Source: Phoronis australis
Lineage: Eukaryota > Animalia > Phoronida
Reading direction: 5' to 3'
Assembly (NCBI GenBank): GCA_002633005.1
Contig: NMRA01000222.1
Span: 186,001-250,000 of the forward strand
DNA: 64,000 bases
Below are positions 1 through 10,504 of the stretch, piece after piece (the stretch's first letter is position 1; every line of letters begins with the position of its first letter). Under the pieces are notes generated by a model. The model worked only from the letters and a program-made list of their open reading frames with translations. It did no database searches and had not been told where the DNA came from. The position numbers were made by a program, and so were the translations under genes.

Positions 1-1063
1 TTACCTCGCAGTAGTGGTTCAATTACGACTGCAATGAATTGTTGGCCAGTACAAAATTACCTGTATTAACAGTCTGAGTAATTGCTCCACTCGACGTTAA
101 TTGGTTGAGAACACGTGGATCATTGCTAGGACTGGAACTAATTATTTAATGAATTGTTTCCTAAGTCACTTACCTGGTGTTTGTGACGTCGACACCTGAA
201 TAGATTGATCGCCTATGCGTCTGCGATAATTCGCGGTGTACATATGTTGGTCTGTTGGAATGATCACTGAACATACACGCACAAAACAATAGTTACAATC
301 CCAACCTCATATCTGAAGGATCTTGTTTTAATGTTTGAAACTAACTAGCCAACAACATCACCATGGTCTTCGTCATCGCTATGGATCTCACTGTTCATTC
401 CCACCATCATCATAATCATCAGCGGCGTGATCGTCGACGCAGCTATCACCAACGGTCGAAGGTGACAACAGTTTGTAAAATTATTTGGTGCGTTAAGAAA
501 AGCGCCAAACGCCTTTTGGGAACTTTTCAATTTTCAGAGGTTGGCAGAATTTTACACGGGGTCACACTGCTACCAAATTAGAGTTGCAGTTAGGCACCAT
601 GCTACTGCGTTTTTTATGATAAAAAATTATAGTAGAAAAACATTCTTTCGTTGAAATTTGAGAGTTTAAAATAATCTACAATGTAAATTATGAAAGATTT
701 TATGCTTTTCTTCAACGATATATGTACATTGTACATAACCATGTGTATTCTAGAAATATAGATTAAGAACAGTAATTCATTGTTTATTAAAAGAATATGT
801 AAGAAAATAGCACGCATTTCAGGCACATTACAAGTTCAATACAGAGTACTCGAGATCATTGGGACATAATCGGTTTTAAGGCCGAAACGCGCATTTTTGG
901 GGATTTTGTTGGATGGGATAGACTTCTTGAAGTTTTTAGCTTTTACCAGAATTAGAAAACAACAAAATCTGTTGTGCTTTTGTGATTTTATTACAAATCA
1001 CCATTTCTCACTGTTGTCTGCTGGGCATTCGCTGAATTCGAGGCCGGTGTCTTTTCCATTTAA

Positions 1064-1610
1064 AGAGTCCTGGAACGCGATAAACAGACTAAATTGCAAT
1101 ATTGAAGGTAGTTCTCTGCCAACAGAATTCGACCAGCTCGCCTTAACAGGTATTTTTACGATTTGTTCGTAAGGGTTTTTATTTTCTGTTCATATCAAAG
1201 CATTTGCTTTTAGTTTCGAATTTAAAAAACGGTCTGTCAACTGCTCACCACTTCGTCGAATTTTCTTCAACAAGGCAAAGCAAGTTTCCTTAATCGGGTA
1301 TGGCAAGACACAGACGTAGCACATTTCTCTCATGTGGACGACGTGACCTTTGACCTCAAGAGACTTCAAGCAACAGTCTGTGAGTGCATGCGTCCAATTA
1401 TCATAAGTGGGAGATTAGAAACTCTGTGGTAACCACAGAGTTTTCCCTTCGCGCGTATTTCAAAAATAGTGAATGTCGTGATTGATTTTTTTTTCTGTAA
1501 ATTTCCCCACAGGGGGCGTAAATTTCTCAGTGCTAGACGTTGCGAGGTGGTAATTTCGTCAGAAATTGATCAAAAAATATTTTTGACGAGCTTTCGCGTT
1601 CCATAATTCT
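1064..1610. mobile_element. Kolobok-type non-autonomous element (TTAA-flanked), copy 1
   Basis: TTAA|AGAGTCCTGGAACGCGA ... TCGCGTTCCATAATTCT|TTAA imperfect TIR; both ends and the interior align with 51412-51857. Confidence 0.65.
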
Positions 1611-4583
1611 TTAACGCGTGGTAGAGCGTTCGGTTGAAACTGGACGGATCTCATAGTGGGCTCGCTTACGCGATACTGCTAATTTCTGTAAATTTACTTT
1701 TCTTGCCAAGAATGTCTCTTTTGGAATAAGTAGTCATAACAATAAGGTTGGGGCGAGACAGGACTTAAAGATAAATAACAAATACTACTGAACCTCCAAA
1801 ACAAACTAACGTCGTTAAATTTCTTATCATTCTCAAACGCATGTGTGTACTGCATTCTCTGAACAAAAATATGTAAAGTTTATATTCAAATTATTTGTAG
1901 TCACATTTGCAACTGAGGATACCCATCACATCATTATAACTTTCTACGGAGGTTTGCCCTAATTGTAAACACCCCCTTCGATGTATTGAGATTCTATGAC
2001 AATAGGGCAAACGAAGTGTCTTTTGAAAGACTTTTCGCATAGTTACGTAACAATGTCAATTTATTGGTCGGATACCTTTTTGAGATCATCTGGACGCCTG
2101 ATGAAAAGCGGAGTAACGATTCCCATGGTTTGAATCTAGACTAATTGTAATATATTTAATTGCATTGCCTATATTTCTGTATGGACGCGTGATAACATCA
2201 TCTCTGTTATTGCCGCGACATTTGAATAATTAATCGCGAGTGTAATGTCAATGAATTCTTATTGAAAGCCACATAATTACCATTGTTTAATGTAGTCAGG
2301 TAGCCATGACTCCACGCAAACAGAAGGCGCTGAAAGGATACAAAAGTCTGATTGGGACGAAACAATGACGCATCAGCGTGAACTTTTCTAAGCATAGCAC
2401 AAGGTTTGGCTTCGTATTTTAGAACAAATCCCACGAGTAAATCCATATGTTATTCACATTTCCTTTCTGAGAATTTTCAAAAACCATCATTCACTTCTGC
2501 CTAACTTCAATTGCGAATGCGAAATATTTGTATGCTGGGTTGAGACAAAATTGGATTTTCTTTGGCTCTTGCATCTAAGACTGTTCTGAACAGTTTACGC
2601 CGCAAGACAGAATTTGTCCAAAGCAACATGAACACTTCGCTCCGTCGTGACTGTTTTGAACTGCTGAGTGCCTCTTGGCCAGTTGTTTCACCTGTGAAAT
2701 ACTGATAACCTTCCCACAGCAAATAGGCGCACATGGACCCAAAATGAAACTATCTAACGGTATGCACGATTTCTTAATTTTGAACAGAACAGTTTAATAG
2801 CATAGCAAGGGGTAAGGGACAGAATAAGTTCTTTCATACCATTCGGAACAATTCGTCGGAGGTGTGGTGGTATTTCACGTTTTGCGCATGTGCAATCGTA
2901 ATAGCAAAAGAATTTGGTTAACAGGTATTTATAAATCATGAATTGCAAGGTGCGTGTGACAGTCCCGAATGGGGAATCCTTTACGTCCCTTAAAGCTGGA
3001 TTTCGTCTTGTTTGACTGGTGAAAATTGAATTAGGCATTAGTCTCATAATCCTGATCGTGATAGTAGTCCATTTCCAAACCAACAAGAATATCGAAACCG
3101 ACTCGACAAAAAGCTTAACAATATATTATGGTTGGCAAACTTTAAAATTTCGAATTTGAAAATGGCCATGTACACATTGCCTGTCGGGACTTGAGTTGGT
3201 AACGGAAATGGACTCGTATTACGGTAAGGAATATTGTGAGAGCGATTTTATCAAAGTAAAAGGCTCAATTCTATTTTTGTTTCCCAGTTAGCTATACAGG
3301 GTGAAAGGCAGCTTTAACGTTTCACCGCACTGCCATTTCTGTTTCTTATGAGTTTTCATGGCTAAGCCAATTGTTCGCTATAAGCTATGATACAAACAGG
3401 GAGTAACCTGTACGTTGAATTTTTAATATTATTGAAAATAAACAGGATGCTTTTTATTCAACGACCTTAATTCAATAAGCAGGTCCCTGTTTATTGTCAT
3501 GGATACACGGGTTCAGTTTTAGATGTATTACCAATAGAAATGTCATTAGTCAAAGAGGGGCTCATAATCAAGATAAAATTATAAAATTGCATCACATTTG
3601 TAAGTAAATAAAAGCACAAATACACAGAAGTTAGTGGTGCCCCTATTTGGGACTGTCTCATACAACTGGACATCATTATTCACGTTACCCCTTCTGACAT
3701 CGGCGGTATTCTCCATTTTGAGAGCGTGATGAGCATTTCCCTTTAAACCAGAATCCTAGACCAGGACCAGTCGTATCCCCATTCCTTCAGGCACAGCTTG
3801 TTTTGTGAGTTAGTGGTACAGTTAATTAGTGTATACGCCATGCTAGAAACTACTTTCCAATGAATAGCTCACGATTTGGGATTCTGTCTACAAAATCGCT
3901 ATTTTTACTTGACCAATTCGAAAATTCAAGGGGTCACTTGGTCTACTAGTTTTCCTCTTCTATTCAGATTTTATAGTTCTCATCGATTTTCATGCCCCAA
4001 AAATGGAAAATAGAGTCTGGATGCCGCTTTCTAGTGTATGGTCACTCTACTGACAAGTATCCCTCTATTGTGAATGGAATGTGGATCAAAAGGGCTCACC
4101 TGACCCCGTGGCATTGGAGTAATTCAAAAGATTTCTCCAAATATATCCTTATCTCGTTTAAAGGGGATGTTTACAACATGCGTGACTTGAAGTTCGCGCA
4201 TGTGCAGACATGAAAACCTCCTAGGACAACTTCCAATTGCGCGTGCGTTGGCATACTATCCTCCGAGTTCTTTTCTTGCGACTGCGATTCAGTTCCTGCA
4301 GCTCAGTTGTTTCATTGAAGGCATTCAATTTATCAGTCACGAACAGCGTACTTTTCTCTCGAACAAATATCATTTCCTGGGACTGCTACCATTTCGGGTG
4401 GTTACTAGAGAACCCTTTGTTGGTACATGTAAACAAAATTAACATCGCCAGTCACCAGGAGGCGACATTGGATCGACCGCAAGTCGATCACCAAGGATGT
4501 CACATAAAATGTGGAACTCAACGGCTTTTCCGAGTCTGCTCAAAAATAGTTCATAAACGATATTGTGTTTCTTCGGTGAGTAA

Positions 4584-4747
4584 CAGGGGCGGATCCAGGA
4601 TTTTTAGGTGGGGGGGAGGACAGGGCAGCATATTAGCTAGGATTTTGCCCGTGAGACATTCGCACCTCCGAACTACCTAATGGAATCTGGGTTAATTTTA
4701 GGGGGGGGGTGTATGGCCCCCTTGGGCCCCTTCTAAATCCGCTACTG
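4584..4747 (+). mobile_element. MITE with CAG..CTG termini and 5-bp TSD (hAT5-like), full-length
   Basis: AGTAA|CAGGGGCGGATCCAGG ... AAATCCGCTACTG|AGTAA; five related copies in the window. Confidence 0.8.
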
Positions 4748-4928
4748 AGTAAGATTTCGCTCCAGACTACAAAATTTCAGAACATTATGGCAAGAATAGT
4801 GACAAAGGTGGAATAAGGAGCGCGTAATGAATCTCGTGTCAAACGTTAGAGTTTGAGGTATGATGGACAAATTCATTTTGTGAATGCATTTTTGTCATTA
4901 TAACCACGGCACATGTATCTTAGAGTAG

Positions 4929-5040
4929 CCTAAAATTCTCCCAGATTCCATCTGGAAGTTCAGGGGTGCGAATGTCTGACGGGCAAAATCTTGGCTGGTA
5001 CTCTACCCTGCCCCAACTCAAAATCCTGGATCCGCCCCTG
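4929..5040 (-). mobile_element. Truncated copy of the 5-bp-TSD MITE
   Basis: Ends in AAAATCCTGGATCCGCCCCTG and shares the GCGAATGTCTGACGGGCAAAATC core; inverted relative to 4584-4747. Confidence 0.75.
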
Positions 5041-7018
5041 ACTTGGTCTCGTGAAAATGCTCACACGGCACATCGACCTCGGCTAATAACACACCCATAT
5101 AAAACACGTGTATATTTAATCATGGAAATTAAAACAATGGGCCTAAACATTAATACAGACAACATATAGCTTATGCGCAGAACAAGCTCAGCGCAGTTTC
5201 CCTTATTTTTACATAATCCATAAATCAAACTACTCCGTCGTCAACCTTCACAAAGTGCCTCCTATAACAAAAGCTTTCTTTTGATTTAGCCCACATGCCG
5301 TTATAAAATTGCTCTCAAATTGTTCTTTTATTAGTCAATTTAGAGGTAATTCAAGTTCGGTCGTCGAAAGAAATGACAGTGCATTATTGCTTGATACCAG
5401 GCTCTGCACGTTTGGCTGTCACGGTGTGTCAATCTATGAGCAAGGTCTCAAGGTATAACTATCAATCCTTTGAAAGCCCATCAACCACTTTCCATCTGAG
5501 CCAGAAAAAATTGAGGCCCATTTGTATAGCGGTAGGTGAGCACAACAAAAATTTGCTTCTTGGGCGGAACGCGGGTTTATAGACCTTGCCAGTTTAACTT
5601 TGACGAAGAAAAGCATGAAACGGGTTGTTTAATTCGATTATTTGACTTGTTTTTGACCCACTGGATATCTCTGACTGCGTTCTTTATTCAAATAAGAATT
5701 GCATATTTATTGGCTGTAGTCTCCCTATTTGCGATTGGGTCTGGGGTTTAATCTCTGAACTCTACATCGAACTCAAAATTATTTTTGATCTTTTATTGTC
5801 TATTATTTTGAGACCTCAGGATACTGTGTCGAGTATTCTGTGCAAGATCACATTATGGTTTAGGTGGACGAGAGACTGTCTGATCCTGAGTCGCTTTTGG
5901 ATGGCTGTTAGGTTCAAGCTGCAACTGAACACTGGTGAAAACTCAAGATTCTCCAATAAACTCTGAAACGTGTTTTAGAATCACGATCGATTTCGATGTT
6001 GTTGATGGTAACGGAAATACAATCCTATCACGGTGAGGACTATTATGAGACCGGTAGTATGAAAGTATAACGCCTAATTCGACTTCCGCAAGCTGAACAG
6101 GGCAAAATGCCACTAGTGGTTAACGATAATATCATATTAGTTGTGTAAAACCATTAAACGGAGATATCGGATAAGTAATAAAAAAAATAAAAAACGTGTT
6201 GTGAATTTCATTTTCTTTTATTTACCAGAATGCAAACGGCCTCTAATATAAGGCCACGGCTTTACAGTACATATATACTCTAGTACAATACTACATAGCC
6301 GGATAGCCTTATTACGGTATATTGTTTTCGTATCTTTTGTAATTGTATCAGCAAACAACGTATATTCCTTAGATAATCTCCCTCATCAGAAAATATAATT
6401 TTACATTTCTGTAAAAGTATTCTTGAATCACGTGTAAATTATTCAATTGGTTAAATCTCGTAGCTGCTGTTCAAGCCGCTTCAGCTTTGGCCTGGCGGCA
6501 GCGAAGTAAACCTGGCACCACGACCTTCGCAAGACCTGAAGGAACGGATACACCTTAGGGGTATAAGATTTCGTACTGGAGTACGACCCAATGGACAAAT
6601 AACAGTACCTAACCAGCTGAAACGACGGTCCGGCAACAACAACAACAGTGACGTTCACAGGTACGCTGTATCAACAAAGTAAGCAAATTTATTTAAAGAG
6701 ATCCCACCTCACATTTTCTTACTTTTTGCGGTTTCAGTTTACTAATATGAAATGAATACCATAGAATTTAAGTAAATAAGCACTTATTATGCCAAATAGT
6801 CGCATTTCTTTAAGTTTGAAGAAAAGTTAGATATTTCTCAGGCTTCGCTCCAAATGATGTAATGAGTGAAAGACGTTTGGTCATTTGACAAGCAATTGCA
6901 ATTATGACGGACCACAGCAGAATAGTAGACGAGGACGCTTTGGAGCGAGAACTGGACAGCTATTATGCAAAATAGATATCACTGGCAAGGGCAACAGTAA
7001 ACCTGGGTCACTCGTATT

Positions 7019-7447
7019 TGCTGTACGTGAACTTGGAATCCTGCTCAATCTCAAGATTAAGCGGAAGTGAGTGTTGCGTGAACTTGGAATACGCGAGGCA
7101 ACTTGACAAGTTCACTCAAATAATCATGTTCATGTTCATAAAAATTTGCACTGCACTAAATCAAGTTACATTTGAATAAAATAGTATCAATTTTAACCAA
7201 CCTTTTCAACTACGGGCGATCAGTTTCACCAAACAATAATCGATTTAGCCATTCACATACATGTATTCCTCCGGTTCAGAGACACAAGTTATGGTAAAGG
7301 AGAAAATGGTTGATCGCGAGGCCAATGATTATAAAAATTCTTTTCACCGAACAAAAATTTCACCTTTTTGCCTTAAAGAATATTCAGTTCCAAGTTCACG
7401 CATAGGTAATCTTGAGATTGAGCAGGATTCCAGGTTCACGCACAGCA
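7019..7447. mobile_element. Nested MITE with ~40-bp TIRs
   Basis: TGCTGTACGTGAACTTGGAATCCTGCTCAATCTCAAGATTA is the near-perfect reverse complement of TAATCTTGAGATTGAGCAGGATTCCAGGTTCACGCACAGCA; subterminal GCGTGAACTTGGAA repeat in both arms. Confidence 0.8.
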
Positions 7448-7559
7448 TAATTCACTATAATCATGATGGTATGGGCACGGTCGAAACAATTGCATAAATC
7501 TACGTGTCGTAGCACTCGATCGATCTGGGTCGGAATGAGGGCCTGGCATCATTCGCCCT

Positions 7560-7824
7560 AGAATGGAAGCAACTCCTTCGTTGTTTATAAAATTTGCAAA
7601 TACACTTAAAAAGTGGCTAGTCCTTCATCGTATGTTTGGCCGAAACACAATTCCTTGAAATGTGCCTTACAAAGGGTGGCTCCCGACCGAATGGCATGCT
7701 ACATACTGTCGCACAAAAACCGATGCCATCTCTGAGCGATAATCACGTCTTTAGGAAATTTGAACACAGATACGTTCTCAATCAAGTTGCTGTTACTACA
7801 GCCTCCACAAACACGCCTTTTCAT
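7560..7824 (-). pseudogene. THAP zinc-finger relic (transposon-derived)
   Basis: Manual translation MKRRVCGGCSNSNLIENVSVFKFPKDVIIAQRWHRFLCDSM*HAIRSGATLCKAHFKELCF shows the THAP GC-SN, FxFP, W and LCxxHF motifs with one in-frame stop. Confidence 0.75.
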
Positions 7825-7925
7825 GTCTCAAAAAGGCCGCTCTCCTTGGACTTACCTCACAACTCCTCAATATCGCTCTGGTAAAAACAACAATGGCAAA
7901 GGCGGTCTTCCGCCCATTACGTACA

Positions 7926-7949
7926 ATATATATATATATATATATATAT
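7926..7949. repeat. (TA)n microsatellite
   Basis: Uninterrupted TA run. Confidence 0.9.
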
Positions 7950-9654
7950 GTTTAAATTTTTCACTTGGTTCTTAGTAACAGTTATACCAAAAGCTATTAA
8001 ATCTATTAAGATGTATTAATAAAATTCTTTTGAGGCATAGGGACATTGTGGGAACTCTTTAATATTTTGGTCGAATTAATTTCTCTTTTTCATTTTTTCT
8101 TTAATTTGGTTCTTGGTTATGTTGTTGCTATTTTGTTACAACATACTTATATAAACATTTTTATAGTTTTACAGTCAAAATTGTGTTTTTGAAAAAAGCT
8201 ACTCATCGTGACTCACTATAAAGATTGTTGCTAAAGTTCATTGAACGTACTTTTCTAGTTAGCGTGACGCTGGGCATAAGTTTGAATCAGCCACAGAATC
8301 ACGCAACGTTACAGGAAACGAATGAAAACGACGATGCATGAACGTAAATAATTAACGAATATCTCAAAGACTGTTAGATTTTTTTACTCAACTGTCTGTT
8401 CCAGTGCAATTTTGTCTTTTAATTTTTGTCGCTGGTATCGTCACGCAATCTTTGCAACTAGCAATTAGATGATTTTATCCTACACTACAGTACAAAGTAC
8501 ATAAAATCCTTTTCACTTTGTTACGTGCAAAAGCAAACAGTGGCACTGATCTTCACTCTTGCACGTATCCAAGATGTAAAGATCGTCTTAAGCCACACCT
8601 AATATCCCTTTCCCTTATATTAAGACGCCTTGAGCCAAGCACTGCATATACATTGATCTTTACACCGTCGAGACCCATGTGGGCTCACGGCAGTGACCAT
8701 GATGCCATCCGCGAAAATTTTACGGCACAGCAGTGAAAGCGCTGTTATCAAAACACTTTTTCTCTTCACTGGTTGGTTTGTTATTCATTTGTTTATTCAT
8801 AAAACTACTCAGTATCAATGAGCTGAACACTAAATTTAACCCTGTTCCAGTGTCATGAATTATGTAAACCTTTCCGGTGTTACTTCATCTATATTTTAAC
8901 CCGCTAACGTATACGCAAACAAGGACGGAGTGTGTACAATCACAACACGTATAGTCGATCTTGTTAGTAATTAACATGGGAGTTAAATGCATAGGCTCTC
9001 CTTCAGCCACAAAATCTAACTTTTAACTTAGAGAAGGTTTACCTTGATGAAATTTGTCTCAAAAAAATTCCGTTAGGAAGTAAGAGGTGGTTTCTGAGTT
9101 TGAAAATAAACTAACTGTCCGTTATTGCTTGAAACCAGGCTTTCAAGTTGTCACGACGGGTCATTTTATGCGCCGAGAATGGCCTTAAACAACAACGATT
9201 TTGTAGGCTCAGAAATTCTTTCTTTGAAGTTGAAGTATTGTGTAACAACGGGACGAGGTTTAAATCAAAAGCTAACAGAATAGAAAGGTTTCACAGGCCG
9301 AGATAACAGATCCGGGGTTACAGAGTGTAGAACTTGATGTTTCTGAAATCTTTGGTGATCTCGGGATCGTGGTAAACTGTATGTGCACAGAAAGTAATGT
9401 TCAAATGTTCGTTTTCATGTGCCTGTATTTTTTCGTAAAAACCTTGATGTTCACGGAGATAGCCTTCATTTCCACAAACATGAAATGATTTTTTATTCTC
9501 TGTTAACTACCAAAAGGTGTCTGAGATTTTCGTTTAAGGCCTTTTAGTCCGAGAACTCCTATGACAAAAATGAAAATTTCAAAATTCCTTGAAAAATTCT
9601 TGATTTATGATAATTGATATTTCGAGCTTAAAAAGAAAATCCCAGATGCGGTTC

Positions 9655-10504
9655 TTTATACCACACTATTAGCCTCGAATGGCAGCTGCAACTGTGTAAA
9701 ACCCATAAAGTTATCTCACTAGTGAGATAACATTTTGACGGAAAACCGAGGCCGGATTCGAACTCTGGCCTCTAGAGTTTCGAGTCGCCGAATTTACCAC
9801 TACACCACTCAGCGGCTGACATCATAGGGCGTGAAAATAGAATACTTAAATGAGCACGCGGAACAATCACATGTTCAGCAAAGGGCATTGCACCGACATT
9901 TATACGCTATGAAAAATAAGACGTATAATTTACATGAAAACGATACTTTAGTTCAGTGAAATTTTTCTCTCGTGTTCTCTCGCTTGTAAATCACCGATCT
10001 CCAATTTGAATGCGGGTATCGTGTCTTCGAGATCCTTTGACTTGATCATTATAGTCAGTTACTAGTGGTAACCTACTTTAGCAGACGATATTTTCCCGGT
10101 AGAAGCTTAGCGTGATAAAATGTGTAGTAAGCTAAAATAGTTGCTAAATCTTAATTTATAGATTCACTTTATTTCTGTTTTGTTTAACTTTTCAATTGGT
10201 TTTGAGTATCAGCATTATTTGACAAAAATAACTCGGCTTTTCTTAAAATGTCACGACCTCCGACCCCGGGCCTCTGACATAGAAAGTAGTTACAAAGACG
10301 AAGCGAGTCGATCAAGGTAGATCGATTCATTGCAATGTTTCTCGTTCAGTATGTGGTATAAATAGATTATTACATGTTCTCAGTCTTTATCCCCCTTACG
10401 TAGAGCCCTCGTGGCTAACGCCCCTCGGGCGATAATTCTCCAAAATCCAATCGGACTCTAGATAACGGGGGATAACGACTCCGCCATGTAATAATCTATA
10501 TTTA
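9655..10504 (-). mobile_element. Composite dispersed element, copy A (tRNA-like segment, 22-bp palindrome, terminal hairpin)
   Basis: Reverse-complement match along its length to 61321-62113; TTTATACCACA (9655) and TGTGGTATAAA (10352) inverted pair; palindrome GTTATCTCACTAGTGAGATAAC at 9710-9731; ~145-bp hairpin at 10358-10504. Confidence 0.85.
9745..9813 (-). pseudogene. tRNA-derived segment (SINE-head-like) with Pol III A and B boxes
   Basis: Minus strand GCTGAGTGGTGTAGTGGTAAATTCGGCGACTCGAAACTCTAGAGGCCAGAGTTCGAATCCGGCCTCGGT: A box TGGTGTAGTGG, B box GTTCGAATCC; stems pair poorly, so not a functional tRNA. Confidence 0.7.

Larger units (their letters stand above)
6697..8058 (-). mobile_element. 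Kolobok-type deletion derivative carrying a THAP relic and a nested MITE
   Basis: TTAA|AGAGATCCCAC ... GTGGGAACTCT|TTAA (11-bp TIR, 1 mismatch); internal THAP-coding remnant. Confidence 0.7.

Noticed and set aside
345-581. His/Asp-rich short ORFs
   Set aside because: Decayed (CAT)n-like low-complexity sequence
9745-9813. Functional tRNA gene
   Set aside because: Anticodon and D stems do not pair and it lies within a two-copy repeat; called tRNA-derived instead
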